Assembly (NCBI GenBank): GCA_965205975.1 | Contig: OZ242195.1 | Location: forward strand, 4,192,001-4,256,000 | DNA from: Candidatus Latescibacterota bacterium | GTDB lineage: Bacteria; Latescibacterota; UBA2968 | Direction of reading: 5' to 3' | Length of the DNA: 64,000 nucleotides | Shown here: positions 42,170 through 50,535 of the stretch, piece by piece | Numbering within the stretch: position 1 is the first letter of the stretch | Layout of the letters: each line of letters opens with the position of its first letter | Program-made: the position numbers and the translations under genes | Notes under the pieces: generated by a model | Seen by the model: the letters and a program-made list of their open reading frames with translations, nothing else | What the model was told of the DNA's origin: nothing | Databases searched by the model: none

Positions 42170-42174
42170 GATCA

Positions 42175-42912
42175 ATGAGTGACGTTACGCAAATCGACAT
42201 GACGCCACTGGATTACGGGCGCTCGTTCCTGATCGGGAAAGGAGACGCCAATGAGGCGCGCTTCTGGATCGAGTCGCGCACCCGCATCATTGACGACAGG
42301 CGGGGGATCTGTGAGGATTTCTACCAGACAGCCTCATGCAAGAGCGAGAATACCTTTCACGAGCAGGATCTGTTTATACAGGACAACTACGATTTCCTGC
42401 CGATCTTCAGTGCCGGGTACGGTCTCATTTTCAGGCGCCATGCCTATCTCAGCGACCGCTATCGGGAAACGCGCCCGTACACGGAGATGTTCGGCGGTTA
42501 TGACCTGCACCTTGTGGAAGGCTCGACGATTCGCGAGTTGCCGACGAACGCGGCGATCCGAGAGGAGACGTACCGCTTTGCGCCGCTGGTTTCGCAGACC
42601 GAGATCCGCAACGACGATACCGGCCTTCGGGCACTGATTGAATGCCCGGTTAAGACGATGAATACCCGCCGTGACGACGACCGCTACCAGGTCGATACGG
42701 GTCCGGTCGCCTTTCCAGATCTTTCGGTGCGTCCCGAACGGCTCGTCGATTGCCTGATGCTGGCTTTCGTGGCTTTTAATGTCCCGTACTTCGCCGATTT
42801 CGTGATTGAAGTGCCCACCACGGTCGATCCCGACCACCCCGATTTGCAGATCTACCATTTCTCGAAGATCGTCAGCCTGCCGGCACGCAACCGGCTGTTT
42901 GCGGTCGAATAG
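42175..42912 (+). CDS. Hypothetical protein
   Basis: 245-aa ORF with consistent C/G-ending codons; no recognisable motif. Confidence 0.75.
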   Translation: MSDVTQIDMTPLDYGRSFLIGKGDANEARFWIESRTRIIDDRRGICEDFYQTASCKSENTFHEQDLFIQDNYDFLPIFSAGYGLIFRRHAYLSDRYRETRPYTEMFGGYDLHLVEGSTIRELPTNAAIREETYRFAPLVSQTEIRNDDTGLRALIECPVKTMNTRRDDDRYQVDTGPVAFPDLSVRPERLVDCLMLAFVAFNVPYFADFVIEVPTTVDPDHPDLQIYHFSKIVSLPARNRLFAVE

Positions 42913-42932
42913 ATCGGCTCCGATTTAAGAAG

Positions 42933-42973
42933 ATCGGTACATATTTCAAGTTAAACTTGAGATTTGTACCGAT
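42933..42973. terminator. Long imperfect hairpin between convergent genes
   Basis: ATCGGTACATATTTCAAGTT/AACTTGAGATTTGTACCGAT. Confidence 0.6.
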
Positions 42974-42998
42974 TTCGGGTTTATATCTGTGATATTAC

Positions 42999-44378
42999 TT
43001 ATGACGATGCGATGCGCCGCCGATCCGATTCTACGGCTTCAAACCATGTTTCCAGTTCGCGTTTCATGCGGTGTACGCGGTCTGGCTGTTGTTGGGCGAG
43101 GTCGATGTTTTCGTGCGGGTCGTTGCCAATATTGTAGAGTTCCGGGTCGCCGGGCGGTGATAGTGTCCGCTCCACGGGTGGATTTTCTACTTTCATGAGA
43201 AAATGCGGTACTTCAAAATTTTTCTGGAAAGGCGAACCATCGGATTTGAGTTTTTGCATGGCTTCTTCAATGCGGGGCCAGTAGAGCTTCCATTCCCCAT
43301 CCCGCATCGCGGCATTGCATGTGCCGATGGGGTCGTAGCGGTTGAATTGCCAGTATCGTTTGGTCGGTAATTTTTCGGGTTCACCCTGCAATGCGGGCAT
43401 GACATCCATGCCGTCTGAGGGCGTCTGTATGTCGATTCCGCAGGCGTTTAACAAGGTGGGCATCCAGTCTGTAAAGTGTAGCATTCCGTCATATGTCTTG
43501 CCCTGCGGCAAGCCCGCGGGCCAGCGGATCAGGCCCGGTACGCGAATTCCGCCTTCGAGTACATCGTATTTCATGCCCCGAAAGGGTCCGTTGTAGCGGG
43601 TCTGGTCGTTTTCTCCTTTGCCGAGGTGGACAGGTCCGTTGTCGCTGGTGTAAAGTACGATCGTATCTTCCGCGAGGCCGTGTTGTTCGAGTGTGTCCAG
43701 GATTTGCCCGATTCCGGTATCCATCCGCCGGATCATTCCGTAGGTGAGGCACACGGCTCGGGTGAATTTTTCCATTTCTTCAAAGGGGCGGACGTCTTCT
43801 TCTGGTGCTTCGAGGGGACCGTGTGGCGCGTTATAGGCTACGTAGAGAAAAAACGGCTCTGTTTTGTGCCGTTTGATAAATTCGATGGCGTCCTGTGTGA
43901 ATACGTCTGTGAGATACCGCCCATCTGACCATTTCGGCTGTCCGTTGTATTCGATGATCCAGTTCCAGTAATTCATTCCTCCGTTTAAGAATCCCGCGAA
44001 TTCATCGAAGCCCCGGTTGTTCGGATGATACCGCATGTCGTGTAGTCCGTTGTGCCATTTTCCCACCATTCCCGTTGCATAGCCATTTGCTTTGAATAAG
44101 TCCGCGATTGTGGATTCGCCGAGTGCGATTCGGTCCAGTCCGCGGTTTGACTCTACGCTCAGTGCGCCTACGCGGTGGTTGTAGCGTCCGGTTAAAAAAG
44201 CGGCTCGGGCTGGCGCGCAGATTGGGGATGCGGTGTAGTGCTGATTCAGGCACAGGCCTTCCTGGCCGATGCGGTCGATGTGGGGTGTGTCCAGGTCCGG
44301 GTTTCCATAGATGCCCAGGTCGCCATAGCCCTGGTCGTCGGTCAAGAATACGATTACGTTCGGTCGTTTACGGGTCAT
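42999..44378 (-). CDS. Arylsulfatase (Cys-type)
   Basis: RPNVIVFLTDDQGYGD, CAPAR, GKWHNG, SDNG. Confidence 0.93.
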   Translation of the reverse strand: MTRKRPNVIVFLTDDQGYGDLGIYGNPDLDTPHIDRIGQEGLCLNQHYTASPICAPARAAFLTGRYNHRVGALSVESNRGLDRIALGESTIADLFKANGYATGMVGKWHNGLHDMRYHPNNRGFDEFAGFLNGGMNYWNWIIEYNGQPKWSDGRYLTDVFTQDAIEFIKRHKTEPFFLYVAYNAPHGPLEAPEEDVRPFEEMEKFTRAVCLTYGMIRRMDTGIGQILDTLEQHGLAEDTIVLYTSDNGPVHLGKGENDQTRYNGPFRGMKYDVLEGGIRVPGLIRWPAGLPQGKTYDGMLHFTDWMPTLLNACGIDIQTPSDGMDVMPALQGEPEKLPTKRYWQFNRYDPIGTCNAAMRDGEWKLYWPRIEEAMQKLKSDGSPFQKNFEVPHFLMKVENPPVERTLSPPGDPELYNIGNDPHENIDLAQQQPDRVHRMKRELETWFEAVESDRRRIASS

Positions 44379-44387
44379 TTTTGTGCC

Positions 44388-45233
44388 TCAGGGCAAGATA
44401 TCTACGATCAACCGATCTGTCTGGTCCGGGTTGCAAGCCCAGAGTCTGTCTGGATTGTACACACGGGGGGCCTGAGGCGGGTGTGTCGGCAATGTCCAGT
44501 CTGGCCTGTATTGTTTGATCAGGGCCAGGACATTTCGATGGGAAATTCGATCTTTTAAGTCGTCGTCGCAGTCGGCTTCTTCTATTACGCGCTGGAGAAA
44601 GCGATAGTCGTAATACGGCAGGTCTGCGCCAAAGATGAGTCGCTCGCGTCCGACTTTGTCGGCGAACCATTTGAAGTCCCATGTGGAGTTCCGTCCATCG
44701 GGGTATTGTACAACTTCGAACCAGAGATTATCGTGCTGTGATAGGTTTTCTGCAGCCCAGGTGCTGGCGTGTACGATAAATTGTGCGTTTGGAAATGTTC
44801 GGGCGGTGCGGTCCATCAAGCTGTCGTGCCAGTGCAGGTTGCACAGTCCGTTTCGCGCGGCTGCGACTTCTACCATGGGGAGGATTTCTTCTTTCATGGG
44901 GGGATGTCCGGCGATTCCGACGAGGCCCAGGTCGTCCATGGCTTTTTCGGCTTCGTCAATGCCGAGTTCGCCAAATCGCGGCTCGATGAGTGCCATGCCT
45001 ATGGGAAATACGTGGGGAAATTTTTTGCACGCGCGGGCAATTGCTTCGTTTTGTTCCCGTATGTCCTGTATTCCCCGGGTGATTGGACTTCCCACGGCTG
45101 TTGGCATTGATATGGCTGCGTAAATACCGGTTTCGGCAAATCGGGATAAGCACATTTGGGCGTTTTGTCCGACGGTGGGTGCGCGGTTAATGGTTCGTCC
45201 AATGTGGTTGTGACAACAGATGTACGGGCGCAT
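44388..45233 (-). CDS. Amidohydrolase_2 family metallo-hydrolase
   Basis: CHNHIG (HxH), FIVH, RLIFGADLPY. Confidence 0.8.
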   Translation of the reverse strand: MRPYICCHNHIGRTINRAPTVGQNAQMCLSRFAETGIYAAISMPTAVGSPITRGIQDIREQNEAIARACKKFPHVFPIGMALIEPRFGELGIDEAEKAMDDLGLVGIAGHPPMKEEILPMVEVAAARNGLCNLHWHDSLMDRTARTFPNAQFIVHASTWAAENLSQHDNLWFEVVQYPDGRNSTWDFKWFADKVGRERLIFGADLPYYDYRFLQRVIEEADCDDDLKDRISHRNVLALIKQYRPDWTLPTHPPQAPRVYNPDRLWACNPDQTDRLIVDILP

Positions 45234-45606
45234 AGTGGGTCCTTTTGTGATTGTAGGGGATTAAATTTTTTGCGTTAAAGAGGAAATAAAGCAATAATAT
45301 ATGAGGGGTGTGCATAATTCATTTGTTGTGGTAAAACGACGGATAAAGTTTTTTTCTGCCTTCGGCGACTTCTTTTTTGCTTGCCCAAAAAAGAAAGAAA
45401 AAAGGGCACTCTTCAATCGCCAGAGGGGCTGGCACAGCGCAAATTTTTTATGGTGGATCCACAAATGCAGGTGGCCTTCAGATTTTAGGAATACATTGGA
45501 GTGGTTGCGAGTCGGACTTGCGCGCTGTGCGTGATGGCTCTGGTTGATGAGGGAACTGATGGTTTATTGATGTGTGATTTTAACAATATAATCAAGGACA
45601 ATATAG

Positions 45607-46860
45607 ATGCACGATTATCCATCCCCACAATATACCGCACGGTGTAAGCGTACTCATAGGATCTGTGAACTGAAACCCGATGAGTTTGCGATTTTGGCCG
45701 GGCGGCTTGCAGGTCGAGATTCGCTTTCCGATGAGACGGGGACAGTGTGTCTGGGCTTTAATACGGTGGCCGAGGCAAAGATTGGGGATATTGTGGAGGT
45801 TGAGGGTCGTCTTGAAGGCGATATTTTTTGTGCTTCAGGACTGCGGGTGCTGGTGCCGTCGCGTTCTACAGTCGGGGCTTTATCTCAGGACGTGCAGACG
45901 AATTTGCGCAAGCGCGCCAATATTATCTCGGGGATTCGCCGCTTTTTTGATGAGAAGGGTTTTGTGGAGGTTGAGACTCCTCTGATGGTGCCGCAACCGG
46001 GTATGGAGCCGCATCTCGAGGCGTTTCAGACGCTGTATGAGATGCGTCAGTTTTATCTGCATACGTCGCCTGAGTATGCGATGAAACGTCTTCTTGCGGG
46101 AGGATTTGAACGGATATACCAGGTTTGCAAGGTGTTTCGGCACGAGCCTGTTGGCAGGATGCATACGCCGGAGTTTACGATGCTGGAGTGGTATCGGGCG
46201 TACGCGGATTATACGGATATTATGGTGGATACCGAATATTTGATTGCCGAGCTTGCGACAGATTTATATGGAGAGCCTGTTGTGCGGACGGATGAGTACG
46301 CGGTTGATCTGACGCCGCCGTGGGAGCGTCTTTCTGTGGGGGAGGCGATGTTGCGCTATGCGGGTATTACTGCTGATCCGTATTCGGAGACGGCTGCGTT
46401 TATCAGGCAGGCGGGGCATGAGACGGTTGATAGAGATGATCCGCCAGATGTCGCGTTTTTTAAGGTTTTTCTCGATCGGGTTGAAGCCCATCTGGGTGTG
46501 CAGAAGCCCGCGATTTTGTACGATTACCCCGCGCCGATGGCGGCGCTTGCCAAGCGCAAGTCCAGTGCGCCAGATCTGGCTGAGCGTTTTGAGGTTTATA
46601 TTGCAGGGGTGGAGTTGTGCAATGCGTTTACAGAGTTGAATGATCCGGATGAGCAACGCCAGCGGTTGGAAGAGGAGGCCGCCCAGCGCGTGCGTGAGGG
46701 GAATCCGGCTTATCCGATTGACGCGCGTTTTCTCGCGGCGCTCGAATACGGGATGCCGCCTTCTGGCGGGATTGCGCTTGGGGTGGATCGTCTGGTTATG
46801 CTGCTTACTGGGGCTTCTTCTATAGGCGAGGTTATGGCGTTTCCCATGTCTGATGAATAA
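45607..46860 (+). CDS. epmA: EF-P lysine aminoacylase (LysRS paralog) with N-terminal extension
   Basis: FVEVETP, YLHTSPEYAMKRLLA, HTPEFTMLEWYR, AERFEVYIAGVELCNAFTEL, GIALGVDRL. Confidence 0.92.
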   Translation: MHDYPSPQYTARCKRTHRICELKPDEFAILAGRLAGRDSLSDETGTVCLGFNTVAEAKIGDIVEVEGRLEGDIFCASGLRVLVPSRSTVGALSQDVQTNLRKRANIISGIRRFFDEKGFVEVETPLMVPQPGMEPHLEAFQTLYEMRQFYLHTSPEYAMKRLLAGGFERIYQVCKVFRHEPVGRMHTPEFTMLEWYRAYADYTDIMVDTEYLIAELATDLYGEPVVRTDEYAVDLTPPWERLSVGEAMLRYAGITADPYSETAAFIRQAGHETVDRDDPPDVAFFKVFLDRVEAHLGVQKPAILYDYPAPMAALAKRKSSAPDLAERFEVYIAGVELCNAFTELNDPDEQRQRLEEEAAQRVREGNPAYPIDARFLAALEYGMPPSGGIALGVDRLVMLLTGASSIGEVMAFPMSDE

Positions 46861-46961
46861 ACAAAACAGGGTGGAAGATGTGTGTCTTCCACCCCGTATC
46901 AGGCTCTGATTGCCCTTCCCCCGTCAGCCTGAATAGATGTCTTATTGTTCAAGTTTCAGGT

Positions 46962-48143
46962 TTAATCATCCCACTGCAAGGATCCCGCACTTTGATAATC
47001 GGTTACGCGCGTTTCAAAGAAGTTCTTTTCTTTTGCGATGTCGATGGTTTCACCCATCCACGGGAATGGATTTTTCGATCCATATACGCTTTGTAGTCCA
47101 ATCCGTTCCAGGCGGCGATCGGCGATGAATTGCACGTATTCGCGGAATAGGTCTTCGTTGAGGCCCAGTACGCCGTCGGGCACACAATCCCGTGCGTAGA
47201 TGACTTCGTATTCTACGGCTTCGTGGATGAGGTCGTAGATGTCGCGCTGCAGTTCCGTTGTCCATATTTCTGGATTTTCGAGTTTTATGGTGTTGATCAG
47301 GTCGATGCCAAAATTCAGATGTATGGTTTCGTCGCGCAGGATGTACTGGAATTGTTCGCCAATGCCGGTCATGCGGTTTTGCCGATGGAAGGAGAGGATC
47401 ATGACAAAGCCGCTGTAAAAGAAGATGCCTTCCATGATGACGTAAAAGCCGATGAGATTTTTCACGAATTTCTGTATGCCTTCAATGCTTTGTGTTGTAA
47501 AATTGGGGTCCAGTACATCTTCGGTTAGTTCCATCACGAATTTGTCTTTGCCTTCAATGGAGGAGACTTCGTGATACATGTTGAATACTTCGCGTGCGTT
47601 TAGCCCCAGGGATTCGACGATGTAGTGGAACGTGTGCGTGTGGATGGCTTCTTCAAATGCCTGGCGCAAGAGGTATTGCCGGGCTTCGGAGTTTGTGATG
47701 TGTTTGAAGATGGCGAGTACGATGTTGTTGCCGACGAGGCTTTCGCCCGTGCTGAAGAATCCGAGGTTTCGCAAGATGACTTTTCGCTCGGCTTCGTTCA
47801 GCGCATTTGAGCGCCAGAGTTCTATGTCGCGCTGCATGGGCACTTCTGTTGGCATCCAGTGATTGGCGCATCCGTTGAGATAATGCTCCCAGGCCCATTC
47901 GTATTTGAGGGGCATCAACTGGTTCACATCTACCTGCCGACAGTTGAGCAGTCGCTTGTCTTCCGGGTTAATGCGCTTGGTCAAGTCATACGCCTCGCCA
48001 GTGGCACCACAACACAGCGCGGAAGGGGTATTCTCTGCCTCAAAGGGCGCATGAATACCGTTTTGCTGCGCGTGACCACCGTTTTGGTAGTCCATATTTG
48101 CGTGACTTTCAACCTCTTCGTCTTCAAATATGAGCTTAGACAT
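46962..48143 (-). CDS. nrdB: Ribonucleotide reductase R2 subunit, Chlamydia-type class Ic (Mn/Fe) signature
   Basis: GFFSTGESL (Glu as first ligand), [10 protein letters not shown] (Phe at the radical Tyr site), [27 protein letters not shown]. Confidence 0.93.
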   Translation of the reverse strand: MSKLIFEDEEVESHANMDYQNGGHAQQNGIHAPFEAENTPSALCCGATGEAYDLTKRINPEDKRLLNCRQVDVNQLMPLKYEWAWEHYLNGCANHWMPTEVPMQRDIELWRSNALNEAERKVILRNLGFFSTGESLVGNNIVLAIFKHITNSEARQYLLRQAFEEAIHTHTFHYIVESLGLNAREVFNMYHEVSSIEGKDKFVMELTEDVLDPNFTTQSIEGIQKFVKNLIGFYVIMEGIFFYSGFVMILSFHRQNRMTGIGEQFQYILRDETIHLNFGIDLINTIKLENPEIWTTELQRDIYDLIHEAVEYEVIYARDCVPDGVLGLNEDLFREYVQFIADRRLERIGLQSVYGSKNPFPWMGETIDIAKEKNFFETRVTDYQSAGSLQWDD

Positions 48144-48181
48144 ATCACAACTCCTTTAAAAAAATGAAATATAATAATGGT

Positions 48182-48799
48182 TCAAGCAGTTGCCTCAATA
48201 ATGGCTTCGCGAAATTTCACGAAACTGTGCGAACGGCTACGGTTAGAATCAATATGAATGCCAATGTCTCTGGCAGCCTCCGTCTTGCGTAGTCCAGTTT
48301 TAAAGTAGCCATGTCGCTTCAAGATGCGTTCGAAAGCTTCCCAGGTGCCTCCGCGGATTGCATCGGGGTGGCGATAGCGTGCTTGATTTGGAATTTTTAT
48401 TGAAACCCTCGGATAAGCATTACACACCGCCTGCCAGTCGCCGAAGTACCATGCCTCCAGTTCTTCAATGGCAATGCGGTTGACCAGTTGCCATGGGCGA
48501 CCACGGGCCTGTGAGCGGGTGAGCAATTGAGTCCGAGAAGCAATGTTTTCCAATTTTTGTTTTAATTGTGCGCAATCGTCGTTATCGCAGTCAACGACTA
48601 CGAAGATGCGATAGTTGTCGGGTAACCATTTTGCATAGGCTCGCAGACGATTTTGCAACTTGTCCAATAGGTCTGGCTTCCCCTGAAAAGGATGAATTCT
48701 GAATGTGCATTCCGCGGACAGCATACGCGGCAACAACTCTCGCAAGAAGGCCTCCATTGAGGGTTCTTCGACGAGTAATTCCAGATGTTGTGCCGTCAT
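48182..48799 (-). CDS. DUF4276-like TOPRIM-fold protein
   Basis: LLVEEPS (Glu after the first strand), VVVDCDND (DxD), IEELEAWYFGD, SHSF; start overlaps the ATPase stop. Confidence 0.82.
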   Translation of the reverse strand: MTAQHLELLVEEPSMEAFLRELLPRMLSAECTFRIHPFQGKPDLLDKLQNRLRAYAKWLPDNYRIFVVVDCDNDDCAQLKQKLENIASRTQLLTRSQARGRPWQLVNRIAIEELEAWYFGDWQAVCNAYPRVSIKIPNQARYRHPDAIRGGTWEAFERILKRHGYFKTGLRKTEAARDIGIHIDSNRSRSHSFVKFREAIIEATA

Positions 48800-50073
48800 T
48801 ACCCGCGTCCCCCAAAAGGAGGAGTCGGTTCACCGTGTCTGACCAGCGGGTCTCCCAGGTTGAAATATCCTTCCATCCATAGATGGCCGAGATATGCACC
48901 CTCTTCGACAAATTCCGGTATGCCAGGTATATCTGCGGCGCGGCTTGTTTGTGTGTACCCTTGCTCGTCGCGCCAGAGAACGCGTACCTCTTCGGGGCGC
49001 AGTGCGTTCAGGAAAAACGGCGAATGCGTGGTCGCCAATAACTGTGTGCGTTCGCAGGCCGCACGGCATTCTTCGGCAAGTTCCGAAAGCAATCGAGGGT
49101 GCAAGAAGTTTTCCGGTTCTTCAATGCCGATGAAGGGTGGTGGTTCGGGGTCGTATAACAGTACCAGATAAGCCAATATTTTCAATGTGCCATCAGAAGC
49201 GAATCGCGCCAACACCGGGTTGCTGAATGGCGCGTCCTTGATCTGCAACAATAGACGGCCATCGGGCATGATATCTGATAGCACGCGCTCGATACGCGGC
49301 ACGCGCTGGCGTAGCACCTCAAAGATCTGGTTAAGCCGGTCGGGATGTTGCTCTGCGAGGTGCTGTATAACATTGGCAAGATTGTCGCCGCTTCTTGACA
49401 GTCGCTCCTGCGGTCCTGCTTCAGGCTGACCCCGTGCGCTGTTTGCCGATAGGTATGACACATGCCATCCGGTAATGAAGTCGCGCAGTGCTGCTACGTG
49501 CGGGTGAGCGGCAAGTTGTCCCAAGGCATTGACTGCCAGCAGATCGGGCGATTGGAGCGGTACTTCGTTGCGCGGGTCTAATTGGATCATTCCCTCGTTG
49601 TGCCTGTCCAATTCGTCGTCTGGTTGCTCACCGCTGATCGCCCTGCCCTGTCCCTCGCGATAATCGAGGAATCGGAATGGTCTGCCACGTTGTCCGCGCC
49701 GCCATTGTAACCACTCCTCCATTACAACGGGACGATTGCGGTCTTCGTCAATAGCCAGGTGATAAGTGATTAGAGGTGTGCCTGGTCGTTCGCGGTACTT
49801 GAGTTCGATGACAACGGGATTGATGTTGCCTCGCGTCCGCAGTTCTTTGGCGCGTCCACGCTGATCCCAGGCGCGGCGCAAGCCCGACTCGAAGCATTCA
49901 GATAGAAACACAAATACGTCAAATACTGTTGATTTGCCACTGCCATTGGGACCGAGCAACACAGTCAACGGTGTCAATTCCTTGAACTCAACTTCCCGCA
50001 ACGCACGAAAGTTCTGCACCTTCAAATACTCAATTCGCGCCGGTGCTGTGTATTGTGAAGTTGTTAGGTTCAT
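48799..50073 (-). CDS. AAA_21-like ABC ATPase
   Basis: GPNGSGKS Walker A, SDGT signature, [12 protein letters not shown]alker B/D-loop, TTHSP. Confidence 0.9.
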   Translation of the reverse strand: MNLTTSQYTAPARIEYLKVQNFRALREVEFKELTPLTVLLGPNGSGKSTVFDVFVFLSECFESGLRRAWDQRGRAKELRTRGNINPVVIELKYRERPGTPLITYHLAIDEDRNRPVVMEEWLQWRRGQRGRPFRFLDYREGQGRAISGEQPDDELDRHNEGMIQLDPRNEVPLQSPDLLAVNALGQLAAHPHVAALRDFITGWHVSYLSANSARGQPEAGPQERLSRSGDNLANVIQHLAEQHPDRLNQIFEVLRQRVPRIERVLSDIMPDGRLLLQIKDAPFSNPVLARFASDGTLKILAYLVLLYDPEPPPFIGIEEPENFLHPRLLSELAEECRAACERTQLLATTHSPFFLNALRPEEVRVLWRDEQGYTQTSRAADIPGIPEFVEEGAYLGHLWMEGYFNLGDPLVRHGEPTPPFGGRG

Positions 50074-50273
50074 CTCTTTTTAATCAGTGTGACGAGCGCA
50101 AGGATGAGCAATCAGTTCATTTTGCCGACAGATGACTGTATTGAATATCGCTCAAGAAATAAGGTCGCCAGTGCGATGAGTCGCAAGGAGACGCCAGAGG
50201 GAGAGGGGGGATAGGAGATAATTTTAAAGCGATTGGGGAATCGCTTTAAATTATTGCTGCACTTCTATTTACG

Positions 50274-50319
50274 ACACAATATTTGGTAATTAGCGAAAAA
50301 AGAGCACAAAATGTTGTGG
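50274..50319. promoter_or_regulatory. Tandem NrdR-box-like sites
   Basis: ACACAATATTTGGTAA (50274-50289) and GCACAAAATGTTGTGG (50304-50319); each matches acaCwAtATaTwGtgt at 12/16, and they start 30 bp apart. Confidence 0.7.
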
Positions 50320-50332
50320 TAAAGATGTGCCT

Positions 50333-50360
50333 ATTATAGTAAAAGTACTCATAATGTCAA
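50333..50360 (-). promoter_or_regulatory. Consensus sigma70 promoter directed at ATPase-DUF4276-nrdB
   Basis: Minus strand TTGACA-16 bp-TATAAT. Confidence 0.85.
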
Positions 50361-50456
50361 TCAAAAAAGTACATATAATTGATGAAAAAAGTACTCTGAC
50401 CAATTCTGAATATAACTGATGTTGCGCAAGAACTACCGCGGCGAATAAATGGGCAT

Positions 50457-50494
50457 AAAGAAAAAGGGAATGCAAAGTGAATTTGCACTCCCTT
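50457..50494 (-). terminator. Intrinsic terminator after nrdA
   Basis: AAGGGAGTGCAAA/TTTGCATTCCCTT stem followed by TTTCTTT. Confidence 0.8.
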
Positions 50495-50535
50495 AGTCAT
50501 TGGTGTCTATCTTTTGAGACTTGCGTTTGATCTTT

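Noticed and set aside
45355..45410. TTCTTTTTTG/CAAAAAAGAA hairpin as an ncRNA
   Set aside because: Low-complexity stem seen once in this window; more likely a dispersed repeat remnant.
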